Positions 1 to 9,664 of a stretch of DNA of 64,000 nucleotides are shown here, in pieces. The position numbers and the translations under genes are program-made. This DNA is from Andalucia godoyi And28. Taxonomy: Eukaryota > Protista > Jakobida. The notes below the pieces were generated by a model. That model was not told the DNA's origin, searched no databases, and was given only the letters and a program-made list of their open reading frames with translations. Position 1 is the first letter of the stretch. Each line of letters begins with the position of its first letter. The DNA lies in the NCBI GenBank assembly GCA_009859145.1, contig VRVR01000033.1, forward strand, positions 124,001 through 188,000. The letters run 5' to 3'.

Positions 1-2
1 TT

Positions 3-908
3 CGCAATGCTGCAATGATGGGGCTGCATGGGTTCTACCAGAATGAAGGATTTGTGCTTGTTTCGACTCCCATTCTGACCTCGTCTGACTGCGAGGGCGC
101 AGGAGAAGCGTTCGAGGTTTCCAAATCGGCTGAGTTTTTCGGTGGGAAAACTGCATTTTTGACTGTATCGGGGCAGCTCCAGGCCGAGGCGTTTGCTCTA
201 AGCCACTCAAAGGTCTACACATTCGGCCCAACATTTCGCGCGGAAAACTCCCAAACCAGCAGACACTTGGCAGAGTTTTGGATGTGCGAGCCTGAGATGT
301 GTTTCGTTGGGCTCCCTGAATTGATTGAAAATGCAGAGCAGGCGATCAAGTGCGCTGCAAGAAGGGTTTTCGAGTCTTGCTCGGAAGATGTTGAGTTCTT
401 TGAGAAGCGATATGGCCTGCAAAAAGTCGATTTACAAGCTCCCTGGAAGCGCATTTCGTACGATGATGCGATTGTGGCTCTTCAGAAATCGGGAACTTCC
501 TTTGAAAAAGAAGTCAAGTTTGGAATGGATCTGGGTTCGGAACATGAAAAATGGCTCGCGGAAGTGTACGCGGACCAGCAACCGATCTTCTTGTTCGGGT
601 TTCCGCGCGAGCTGAAGCCATTTTACGTCAAGGAGCGCGACTCCTTTGACCTTTTGGTTCCGAAAATTGGAGAGCTGATTGGAGGCTCTGTTCGCGAAGA
701 GCGATTCGATATCTTGCGAATGGAGCTCGAGGCGCGGAAGATGCCCCTCCAGCACTATGGATGGTACTTGGACCTCCGGAAGTACGGATCGGCTCCTCAC
801 GGAGGATACGGCATCGGCTTTGAGCGCCTCGTCAGAATGGTCACCGGTCTCGAGAATATACGAGATGCTGTCCCCATTCCACGTGTCCCCAACTGCCTCC
901 CCATGTGA
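3..908 (+). CDS. NARS2: Asparaginyl-tRNA synthetase (bacterial/organellar type), 5'-truncated by the window edge
   Basis: Class IIb motifs TPILTSSDCEGAGE, LTVSGQL, YTFGPTFRAENSQTSRHLAEFWM, ELIGGSVRE and PHGGYGIGFERL. The frame is open from position 3, so the true start lies upstream. Confidence 0.93.
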   Translation, partial: RNAAMMGLHGFYQNEGFVLVSTPILTSSDCEGAGEAFEVSKSAEFFGGKTAFLTVSGQLQAEAFALSHSKVYTFGPTFRAENSQTSRHLAEFWMCEPEMCFVGLPELIENAEQAIKCAARRVFESCSEDVEFFEKRYGLQKVDLQAPWKRISYDDAIVALQKSGTSFEKEVKFGMDLGSEHEKWLAEVYADQQPIFLFGFPRELKPFYVKERDSFDLLVPKIGELIGGSVREERFDILRMELEARKMPLQHYGWYLDLRKYGSAPHGGYGIGFERLVRMVTGLENIRDAVPIPRVPNCLPM

Positions 909-1175
909 CTTACCGCACGACCGAACAGTAAAACTACGCTGTTCAATTGTTGGTGCTTTTTTTTCTGCATGCGAGCAGGAAATCGAAGGGTCGAAAACGA
1001 TTTTCGTTTGCCTGCGCGCCCCGTCTTTCGGGAGTTGTTTCGTCATTTCAGTTTCTTCATTTATTTCGCATACCGAGCTTGCGTGAGAACAGAATCGATT
1101 ATCAATCTTCTTCTTTTCTGTTTCTGTTTTTTTAGTGAGTAGAGGGTGTTTTAATTTTTTGTTTTTTTAAGTTTC

Positions 1176-3074
1176 ATGTCCGACGGGATGCAGCGGGGTT
1201 CGGAAGTCGTTTCAGAGACCGGGAATGTCGACACTTCACAGGAACCGGATGACATAGAAATCGAGGTCATTGAGAACTACGTTCCCAGACCGGTGAAGGA
1301 GCCGATGGGAATATTTTGGGAAGACTTGTCCTACTCGGTCGAGTTCAAAGACCCAAAGACGAAGAAGGTGGCTTCAAAGCAGATTTTAAGAAGTGTTTCT
1401 GGCTGCGCGCTTCCGGGTGAGCTCTTGTTTATTATGGGAGGTTCTGGAGCTGGAAAATCGACTCTCTTGAACGCTGTTGCCTGGAGACTGTTGAACGGAA
1501 CGCTAAAAGGGACTCTAAAAGTGAATGATTACCCGGAAGAAAAATACGCAGATATCGTCAAAAACCATTCTGCATATGTGCTGCAAGCTGATATAATGCT
1601 GGAAACGCTGACACCTCGAGAAGTATTGTCTTTTCAAGCGGAGTTGAAAATGCAAGACTTGGCTCTTGTGGAGGATGTCCTTCACGCTTTGGACCTCGGG
1701 AAATGTGAGGATACGTTGATATCCAAGATTTCGGGAGGACAGAAGAAGCGAGTTTCCATCGCGATGGAATTGCTTGCGAATCCAGCCTTGCTGTTGCTGG
1801 ACGAACCGACGTCGGGGCTGGACTCGTTTACTGCTGTGAAACTGATCCAGTTGCTCAAAAAGATGGCGGTTCTGGACAACCGGACGATCATCTGCACGAT
1901 TCATCAACCCTCCTCGGACATTTTTGCCTTGTTTGACAAGCTGCTCTTGTTGGACGAGGGAGGCGTGGTCTATTTTGGCAAGGCGCAGGAAGTGATCCCG
2001 TACTTTGATTCCATTGGCTATCCCACTCCAGCGTACTCGAATCCCGCAGATCACTTTATCAGCGTTACGAAAACGCGCGATTCCAGAAAGTTGGTCAGTC
2101 TGTATGCGCAGTCCGACTATGCTGTGAATGCGCAGAAGAGCATGATTCTTGTCCCAAAGAATGAGGGGTTTGCACTTACCAAGCCTCTTGGACAAGTCAA
2201 CATCCTTGCGCAGGCCCTGATCTTGACGCGCCGACAGTTTACTGCGTCCAGGAGAGAACCCATGGTAACGACAGCAAAGTTAGCACAGACTATTTTCTTG
2301 TCCATCATTGCCGGGCTCATCTATCTGGGGTTAGGAACCAATCAGCAATCCATCCAGGATCGAACAGGTGCCTTGTTCTTCCTGTGCACCAACGCCGGAT
2401 TCAGTGCGATTACCGGGGTCGTCTTTGTGTTTCCAAAAGAGAAACGCGTATTTTTGAAAGAACAGAGGTCGAATCTGTATTCAACGCTGATGTACTATAT
2501 CGCCAAGGTGCTTTCTGACTTGCCGTTCCAAGTCTCGCTCAGCTTGCTGTTTTCAACAATCGTGTATTTTATGATTGGCTTCCAAGTCAATGCAGCAAAG
2601 TTTTTCATCTTTGCAGCGGCCATGCAAATGCTGACGCAGGTATCGGCTGCAATGGGCTACATCATTTCTGCTGCAGCCCCAAATGGCGACATTGCCTCAG
2701 CCCTCATACCCGCAGTAATGATTCCGTCCATGTTGTTCGGTGGTTTATTCATCAATCTGAATTCCATTCCGTACTACTTTTATCCGTTTGCGTATATTTC
2801 TCTGATTCGCTACGGATATGAAATTGTTTCCAGAAACGAATACGAAGGCCTGTCGCTGCATTGCTCCACTGGAGAGACCGTCAATGGAATTTGCCCGGTA
2901 ACAAACGGGTCGCAGGTTCTCTCGCAGCAAGATCTGGAGTTTGATATCTATCAATCGTTCCTGGTGCTCCTCGGTCTTTACTTTTCTGCACGTATTTTGG
3001 CATATTACATTCTCAATTTGGCGGCAAACGGCATTCGAGGAAACGGTCCTCGACGGGTGTCCAAAGCTGCATAA
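1176..3074 (+). CDS. ABCG (White-like) half transporter
   Basis: N-terminal NBD (GGSGAGKST, ISGGQKKRVSIA, LLLDEPTSGLD, TIHQP) followed by an ABC2 membrane domain (QDRTGALFF, F.KE...NLY). Confidence 0.95.
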   Translation: MSDGMQRGSEVVSETGNVDTSQEPDDIEIEVIENYVPRPVKEPMGIFWEDLSYSVEFKDPKTKKVASKQILRSVSGCALPGELLFIMGGSGAGKSTLLNAVAWRLLNGTLKGTLKVNDYPEEKYADIVKNHSAYVLQADIMLETLTPREVLSFQAELKMQDLALVEDVLHALDLGKCEDTLISKISGGQKKRVSIAMELLANPALLLLDEPTSGLDSFTAVKLIQLLKKMAVLDNRTIICTIHQPSSDIFALFDKLLLLDEGGVVYFGKAQEVIPYFDSIGYPTPAYSNPADHFISVTKTRDSRKLVSLYAQSDYAVNAQKSMILVPKNEGFALTKPLGQVNILAQALILTRRQFTASRREPMVTTAKLAQTIFLSIIAGLIYLGLGTNQQSIQDRTGALFFLCTNAGFSAITGVVFVFPKEKRVFLKEQRSNLYSTLMYYIAKVLSDLPFQVSLSLLFSTIVYFMIGFQVNAAKFFIFAAAMQMLTQVSAAMGYIISAAAPNGDIASALIPAVMIPSMLFGGLFINLNSIPYYFYPFAYISLIRYGYEIVSRNEYEGLSLHCSTGETVNGICPVTNGSQVLSQQDLEFDIYQSFLVLLGLYFSARILAYYILNLAANGIRGNGPRRVSKAA

Positions 3075-3378
3075 GGCTGTTTTGTTAATTGTTTTGTTTT
3101 TGTTGTTTCTGCGGGGGGGGCGGGGGGGTTTCTTTTTTCTTCCTTCTCTTTCCCCCTTCGTCCCCTTCATCGTGATTTGTGCGTTTAGTTGTGTCGAAAT
3201 AAAGGCGTTTCTGTTTGCGACTTGCAGTTTTTGCATCAGACTGGGGCCTGTGGGTGGAAGGGTGGGAGATGACGAACTTCCGATGTGCTGCCGTATACGT
3301 TCCGTTCTCATCTTCCTTGGAAATGGGAGGGGAAAAAATAAAATAAGTATACTGGTGAGTGAGTGCCGTTAAAAGCAA

Positions 3379-5820
3379 TTACATCTTTCTGGGCTTTGCA
3401 CTGTCCCGTGCTCTACCTACCATCCAATTAACGGTCTCGCAGCCACCCCTTGCCCACTCAAACCGGCTTTTCACATTCGAGCAGATCCACGACTCAATTT
3501 CAGAAGCCAGCAGAGCGGTAGCCGATGTCGAAGACGAGACGATTGCCTTTTGCAGCGATCCAGACTGTTTCTCAAATGTCAAGTCAACCGTGACACCGTA
3601 CGAAGAATCGAGAAGAACGTGAACTGAAGTCAAGATTCGAGGAATCAGCTCTGCGCAGTTCAGTTCCAGAGTCAGTGAATCTTCGATGCGCTCAGCCTCC
3701 GCCTTCAGCGTTTCGACCTCGGAAGTGGAATAGTCGACGGCGGTGTGGACCAACGAAGAAATGTCATTTTGGGCGGACTGCAGGGAAGCATCCATCTCCG
3801 CGAGCATCCTTCTGCTCTCTTCCACTTGCTGGGAAAGACTGGAGTTCTTCTTCTCAAGCGACGACACGACACCGGTAAGTTCAGCCAGCTCATCCTGCTC
3901 CTTCAAAGACAGAGCCTGAATGGAACGAGTGCGTTCCAGCAGTTCTTCCTGCTTCTTTTCCTGAAGAAAGATGATTTGTTCCTCGACGGACATCGTAGAT
4001 TCCGTGACATCACGCAGCAGTTGCTCCAAGCCTGAAACATCGGATTCGAGAGTCAGCACTGCCTGCTCCTTGTTCGAGACCATGTGCTTCTCAATGCGCG
4101 ATCTCCACATGTTCCATTCGCTCTTCGCCCGAACCGATGCGACTCCCTTGATGCGCTTCAAGCACGACTCGCTGATTTGGGTATCGTGCGGAACCTCCGA
4201 CTCCAAAAGCGATGCAATTCGCATGGACATGTCTTTGGAGACAGACTCCAGTTGCGAGACCGCCCACTCCAGGTAGTCGTGCTCAGGAAGCGTAATGACG
4301 CCTGCGCGCAGGACATCGTCAAAGTTGAAATCAACCGGCGCGGAGGGAATCATAATTGAGGAGGTGGACCGCTTGGCAGTCATGGAAGTGGACAGATCCA
4401 GCATGCTTGCATCTGACATGAAAGAAAGCACATCCCTCAGAAGCTTCCTTGGTTCGCCGCTGTTTGCCGCATTCGCCCCGGCATTTGGCTTGTCTCCTTG
4501 ATCAAGCTCAGCATCGCGAGGAAGGATCTGTGTAACATCCATGTCCATATCGCCGCCATCCGAAGCACCACCCAGCGACCTTCTCTGTTCAGCAAACCGC
4601 GGCACAACAGAGGTGGAGTCCATGTTCATGCTTTGCTCGAGCCCTGCAGTCACGCTTCCTCTTGGCAGAACCGACGTCAGCTCCATTCCCATCGACTCAC
4701 GTTTCCAAGATTGAGTAGCTTCCTGTTCTGACTCTGCAGAAGATTGGAAACGGCTCCGTGGAAGCACACTTGTCAAATCCATTCCAACTGATTCGCGATT
4801 CATGTCCTGAGAATAAGGCTGAGAATGATTTTGCGGATGTGATTCCATGGGGGATAACACACGTGTGCACTCCATATCCATTGGTTCCCCGGTCATTTCC
4901 AGGTAACGAGCATCGCTGCGCGGAAGAACCGAGGTGAATTCCATTTCGAATCCGTTGATGGATTCTCTGGCCGGAGTCACATTCGCAAGCGGTGTCTCCA
5001 GGTTTCGCGGAAGCACAGCAGTGAGCTCCATTCCGATGGATTCACGACCTGCACTTTCAAAGACTGCACCTTTCCGGACTTCTTCTTCGCCTGAAGCAGG
5101 ACACAGCCGCGGGATAACGCATGTCAGTTCCATCTCTGCAGTGCTATCCTGGTGAGCGGCCGCGAATGTGCAAGACCCGGTGACCATCGATCGGGGAAGA
5201 ACAGCAGTAAGCTCCATCGCTGCGTTCTCCACCGACGCTCTGCGAACCTGCTGCGGGGTTCGTTTGGGAGTCGCTTTCTGCACAGGCTTTGCAGGAGACT
5301 GTGATGGTTGATTATTTGTGGACGCCCGCTTTCGAAGGGGTAAAACGGAAGTGAGATCCATTGTGTCGTTTTGGACATGAATCTCCGACAGCACTGAGCC
5401 TGAAATATCAGACGCTGAAATTTCAAATGAGATGTTTGCGTTGCTGTGAGCCGAATTATCAAATGCAGATGCTGTTGTTGGTGTTGATGATGATGACACC
5501 GAAGAAGAAGAAGAAGAAGAAGAAGAAGAAGAAGAAGAAGAAGAAGAACTGATTGAGGAAACGGTCGAAGCAGTCGTGTTCGCGCTGTCATTGGAGAATG
5601 CAGGTTTCGAAGCAGCAAGTACCGGAGAGTCCCATTCTGCTTGTCTTGTTTCGAACACGCGGATCTGGTTACTCGACGCAAACGAAACACGCTTGTTTCC
5701 TCCGATGGAAGATGCTCGTTTGGAAGACCGGCGCTTCTTTTGTCCTGATTCCGGCGAAAGCATCATTGGATACGAAGCCGGGCTCTCGCAAATCATGTTT
5801 TCCTTGTTGGAATATGACAT
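3379..5820 (-). CDS. KNL1: Kinetochore scaffold KNL1/Spc105/Spc7-like protein
   Basis: N-terminal KRVSF PP1-docking motif, about ten MELT-like repeats (MDLTSVLP, MELTAVLP, MELTCVIP, MEFTSVLP etc.) and a C-terminal coiled coil. Confidence 0.85.
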   Translation of the reverse strand: MSYSNKENMICESPASYPMMLSPESGQKKRRSSKRASSIGGNKRVSFASSNQIRVFETRQAEWDSPVLAASKPAFSNDSANTTASTVSSISSSSSSSSSSSSSSSSSVSSSSTPTTASAFDNSAHSNANISFEISASDISGSVLSEIHVQNDTMDLTSVLPLRKRASTNNQPSQSPAKPVQKATPKRTPQQVRRASVENAAMELTAVLPRSMVTGSCTFAAAHQDSTAEMELTCVIPRLCPASGEEEVRKGAVFESAGRESIGMELTAVLPRNLETPLANVTPARESINGFEMEFTSVLPRSDARYLEMTGEPMDMECTRVLSPMESHPQNHSQPYSQDMNRESVGMDLTSVLPRSRFQSSAESEQEATQSWKRESMGMELTSVLPRGSVTAGLEQSMNMDSTSVVPRFAEQRRSLGGASDGGDMDMDVTQILPRDAELDQGDKPNAGANAANSGEPRKLLRDVLSFMSDASMLDLSTSMTAKRSTSSIMIPSAPVDFNFDDVLRAGVITLPEHDYLEWAVSQLESVSKDMSMRIASLLESEVPHDTQISESCLKRIKGVASVRAKSEWNMWRSRIEKHMVSNKEQAVLTLESDVSGLEQLLRDVTESTMSVEEQIIFLQEKKQEELLERTRSIQALSLKEQDELAELTGVVSSLEKKNSSLSQQVEESRRMLAEMDASLQSAQNDISSLVHTAVDYSTSEVETLKAEAERIEDSLTLELNCAELIPRILTSVHVLLDSSYGVTVDLTFEKQSGSLQKAIVSSSTSATALLASEIESWICSNVKSRFEWARGGCETVNWMVGRARDSAKPRKM
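5501..5548. repeat. (GAA)16 microsatellite, read as poly-Ser in KNL1
   Basis: Perfect trinucleotide run inside the minus-strand CDS. Confidence 0.95.
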
Positions 5821-6059
5821 TTCTTCTTCCCGCTTATTATTATTACTGTTGTTTTTCCTTCCTTTTTTTCCCCGAGATGTGCGCGCTCAGCAAGAAAACG
5901 GGTGTTCGTTTGTTTGTACTTTTCTGGGAAAATGCCTTTGTTTTTGGAAGGACAATATTTGCCTTTTCCTTCCTTTGTTCTTTGCAGTCTTGTCAGTGTG
6001 TCCGCGCTTTTTTTTTTTCTTGGTTTGGTTAACGGTGCACTTTGCCGGACTGTTATCAG

Positions 6060-6148
6060 CTGACACTCACACTGACACTCACACTGACACTCACACTGAC
6101 ACTCACACTGACACTCACACTGACACTGACACTCACACTCACACTGAC
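6060..6148. repeat. Tandem repeat, 12-mer CTGACACTCACA x5 plus degenerate units
   Basis: Directly visible, in the divergent KNL1/D-LDH intergenic region. Confidence 0.93.
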
Positions 6149-6429
6149 AAGTTCATAGCAAAACTGAGCGGCAGGTGAAAGGGGCAACTCGAAGTGTGCA
6201 AAAATAGACTGTTCTTGGCGGATGTTTTGCATTTTGCTATTTGAGCGTAATCATATAAAAGAAGAAAAATGCGGCTGTGATTCCTGAACACAGAATAAAG
6301 TCTGTTTTTGTTTTGGTTTTTTTGTGGTGTTTTATAATCCCTTTTTTCGTTTTATTTATTTTTATTTTTTATTTAGCCTTTTTGGTTTCCAGTTCACACA
6401 GCATTAGAAAGAAGAAGAAAAAAATAGAT

Positions 6430-7461
6430 ATGGCCAACTTCAAAATTGCCTTTTTCTCGGCACGCAACTACGATCGTCTGTTCTTTAATAAGGCAGCTTC
6501 AGCGCACCCAGAGATCCAGATTTCGTACTTTGACTCTCTTTTGGATGAGTCGACGGTGAAGCTGGTGGATGGTAGTGATGCCGTCTGTGTGTTTGTGAAC
6601 GATGACGTGAACGCGAAAGTCATTGGGCAGTTGCAAAAGGCAGGCGTGAAGTTGATTCTGACGCGATCAGCGGGATTCAATCAAATCGATCTCGTGGCTG
6701 CTCAGAAATGTGGGCTTCCAGTGATGCGTGTTCCTGCGTATTCGCCTCATTCGCCTGCGGAGCATGCAGTCTCGATGATTCTTGCTCTGAACAGAAAGCT
6801 GCACAAAGCGTACAACAGAGTTCGAGAAGGAAACTTTGACATTGACGGTCTACAAGGCTTTGATATGTTTGGGAAAACCGTTGGAGTGGTCGGAACGGGG
6901 AAGATTGGTGCTATTGTGTGCAGGATTCTTTCGCAGGGGTTCCAGTGCAAAGTCCTGTGTTTTGACAAGTATGAGAGCGACGAGGTCAAGAAACTCGGTT
7001 GCAAGTATGTGTCGCTGGATGAACTTCTGGCTGCTTCGGACATCATCTCGCTCCATGCACCGCTAACAAAGGAGACGGAACACATGATCAATGTAGATGC
7101 CATTGCAAAATGCAAGTCTGGAGTCATGATTATCAACACTGGACGCGGTGCGCTGATCGACACAAGAGCACTCATCGATGGGTTAAAATCAAAGAAGATC
7201 TCGGCCGCAGGACTTGATGTGTATGAAAAGGAGAAAGAGTACTTTTACAAGGACTGCTCTGCAGAGGCTGTTGCAGATGACTTGCTCTCCAGACTTCTTA
7301 CGTTTCCGAACGTCCTCATCACATCGCACCAGGCTTTCTTGACCCACGAAGCTCTGACTGCAATCGCGGAAGTCACTGTTGGAAATGTTGCGACATTCCG
7401 TTCCCAAAAGTCGAACGAAAAAATGACAAACGAAGTCAGACCGGAAGACGCAAACTTCTGA
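6430..7461 (+). CDS. ldhA: NAD-dependent D-lactate dehydrogenase (LdhA-type 2-hydroxyacid dehydrogenase)
   Basis: RSAGFN, VPAYSPHSPAEH, Rossmann GVVGTGKIG, LHAPL, INTGRG, GLDVYE.E and VLITSHQAFLT.EAL. ATG 6430 chosen because the upstream extension is low-complexity. Confidence 0.93.
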   Translation: MANFKIAFFSARNYDRLFFNKAASAHPEIQISYFDSLLDESTVKLVDGSDAVCVFVNDDVNAKVIGQLQKAGVKLILTRSAGFNQIDLVAAQKCGLPVMRVPAYSPHSPAEHAVSMILALNRKLHKAYNRVREGNFDIDGLQGFDMFGKTVGVVGTGKIGAIVCRILSQGFQCKVLCFDKYESDEVKKLGCKYVSLDELLAASDIISLHAPLTKETEHMINVDAIAKCKSGVMIINTGRGALIDTRALIDGLKSKKISAAGLDVYEKEKEYFYKDCSAEAVADDLLSRLLTFPNVLITSHQAFLTHEALTAIAEVTVGNVATFRSQKSNEKMTNEVRPEDANF

Positions 7462-7673
7462 ACTCCGAGCTCAATCTCTTCTCATAGTGTCGATCGTAAA
7501 AATCGGAAGTCCCTCTCATCATTCGTGAATGCGTCTTCGTTTCCGTTCGTTCGTTGGGAGATCCATGCTGATCTTTTATCTGAAGCCTTTAGGGCACACC
7601 CATTTAAATCAATGCAGGGATTCCAGGAACGGGAGGCGTGAAATGCCCGGCGGAACCAGATATTTTCAATCGT

Positions 7674-7907
7674 TCATGAGTGCCCTACGCGAGACTCCGG
7701 CTCGCGCGGGAGCAGGGTGAACGCTTTGTGGCCATGGATGCGCCCCTGCTGCTGCAGATGCCAGTGGTAGCGCACATGGCGTTCAAGCCAGTCGTCAGAG
7801 CACCACAAGAGCGCGCGCTCGGCATCGATGAACTCACGGAAATGGGTGCATTGCTGCACCTCTCCGGGCTGGCGCACGATGTCGTAGAACACACGCGTCC
7901 AGTGCAC
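7674..7907 (-). pseudogene. Orphan high-GC3 coding fragment, possibly from a Fanzor1-type mobile element
   Basis: GC-rich island between AT-rich flanks. The minus frame has mostly G/C-ending codons but no ATG start. WLERHVRYHW...GHKAFTLLP loosely recalls the K.F.LLP segment of Fanzor1 proteins. Confidence 0.3.
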
Positions 7908-8385
7908 CCCTGATGTTGGATTAAAACAAATAAATAAAATACATAGTATTTTATTTAATATTTTGGCACAACGAAACTAAAAGAGAAAAACAAGAGCAAA
8001 CAAAGAAAGAGAAACAGACCAAACAGACAACGTGTGGCGAAGTGTGAGGAGGATGTGGTGCCAAATAAACACGGTGAAGTATCAAAAAAAAAAAAAAAAT
8101 ACGAACACAGCAGTGTTTTATTCAATATTTTATTTGACACAACGAAGTCCAAGGTGAAACGGGAGAAAGGGAAAAGGAAAAAGGGAATGGGTTCAACAAA
8201 CAAAATCCAGGGGACGAGAGACAGCGGATAACAGGCAATAGATGAAAGGAAAAGAGAGAAACGGAAAGGGGAAAACGAAGACCGGTCTGAGGAACTGCTG
8301 GAATGTCTGAATGGAAAGCGCCCTTGTATATTTTTATATTTTTTTTTGATTCAACCGTAACTGCTTGTCCACTGGTTTATCCCCT

Positions 8386-8386
<1 letters not shown>

Positions 8387-8419
<33 letters not shown>
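8387..8419. repeat. (TAT)11 microsatellite
   Basis: Directly visible. Confidence 0.95.
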
Positions 8420-8498
8420 GACGACATATTTACACTCTAAATTATTTTAATTTTGTTATTGGCACACCGACGATAGAAGTAATCTGGGTTTGCAGAAG

Positions 8499-9563
8499 AT
8501 GCCGTGTTTTCCGTCGAGAAAAAAAGCAGTTACCTTGCGGAGCACCCCAGCGAAATCCTGGGATGTGCCTTTGCATCTGATGGAGTTACTGCATGAAGTC
8601 GTTATTTTGTGTCATTCAAAAGGCTGGCGTCCATATCTTGATTTTGGATCGCTGCTTGGGTGCATTCGCACGGGAGTCATGGTTCCCTGGGACTACGATG
8701 TGGATATTTCGTTCTTCGAGGAAGATTACAATCAAATGCTCGAGTTTTTCAATTCATTGCCTGCAAAAACTCTTGGAAACATGCGTTGGGACGCTCTTAC
8801 TTCGTACACGATGGGCGATCCAGCGACGTGTCGTATTTTTCACGCTGTTGCACCAGTTCGGTATCCGTGGAAGGAGAACATGTCGTTTGAAACTGGGATT
8901 GATATCATGTGCGTGAAGATGTATCCAGAGACCAAGGAATGTGGAACTAGCATGCGTGCAGAAACATATCAGCGATGGCGAGGTGTCTACACACACCCTG
9001 AAGACTGTGTCTATCCTTTGAAACAAGAATGGTTTATGGGAATCAAGTGCTGGGTCCCCAACAAGCCAGAGGAAGTCCTAAAGCGAAACTATGGAAAGAA
9101 CTGGAAGAAGCCCGACGTTTCTCAGGAAAAGGTGGACGAATACGGAATCCTTACCCTTCCTCCTTGTACAGTAATTTCAAAGTCTACGGTTTTCTGCAAG
9201 ATTGTGCCGTTGAAGGATCCAGCGGAAGAACTGACGGAAAAGGGTTCGAGCTTGGCCGAAGTTGCACGAAATGCTGCCGTCACAGAAGACTGGAAGTTGC
9301 CTGTGATTGTCTGGTTCATCGCAGAAACAGATGCTGAACAGGGGGGGTTGGATCAGCCGGCGTTTGAAAGTGCAAAAAGCATGGGAGCCATCATCAGGTC
9401 TTCGGATTTTGGTGTATGGGGCAAGCTGTTTGCTGTAGAAGCGACACCGTTGACTGCGATTTTGCTCGATACTGCCAAGTATTGGTGGAGATTGGCTCCG
9501 ACAAGAGTGGAAGACGTTGTGGACTTTACGCCTGTGCTCCCGCCGCCGACCAGCACCAAATAG
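8499..9563 (+). CDS. LicD/fukutin-family nucleotidyltransferase-fold phosphotransferase
   Basis: LDFGSLLGCIR...PWDYDVDI motif and C-terminal VPNKPEEVLKRNYGKNWKKP. A TTTGCAG just before 8499 could be a splice acceptor, so the start is uncertain. Confidence 0.8.
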   Translation: MPCFPSRKKAVTLRSTPAKSWDVPLHLMELLHEVVILCHSKGWRPYLDFGSLLGCIRTGVMVPWDYDVDISFFEEDYNQMLEFFNSLPAKTLGNMRWDALTSYTMGDPATCRIFHAVAPVRYPWKENMSFETGIDIMCVKMYPETKECGTSMRAETYQRWRGVYTHPEDCVYPLKQEWFMGIKCWVPNKPEEVLKRNYGKNWKKPDVSQEKVDEYGILTLPPCTVISKSTVFCKIVPLKDPAEELTEKGSSLAEVARNAAVTEDWKLPVIVWFIAETDAEQGGLDQPAFESAKSMGAIIRSSDFGVWGKLFAVEATPLTAILLDTAKYWWRLAPTRVEDVVDFTPVLPPPTSTK

Positions 9564-9664
9564 AGCCGGGGCTGGTTGCTGGTTGCTGCTGTCGTTGCTG
9601 TTGTTGCTGCAGGAGTTGGTCACTCTTTTCTTTTGAACGGCATCTTTTTTTCTTTATGGATTCG

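Noticed and set aside
4380-5380. Regularly spaced nucleotide similarity (AGCTCCAT/AGATCCAT)
   Set aside because: Fully explained by the MELT peptide repeats of KNL1.
5124-5690. Poly-Leu and poly-Lys ORFs here and at 61200-61808 and 63308-63688
   Set aside because: Alternative-frame readings of GAA/TTC or CTTTTT microsatellites; no coding evidence.
6060-6148. 12-mer array as a possible CRISPR-like or telomeric repeat
   Set aside because: Units are contiguous with no unique spacers and are built from CTGACA/CTCACA hexamers; an ordinary minisatellite in an internal position.
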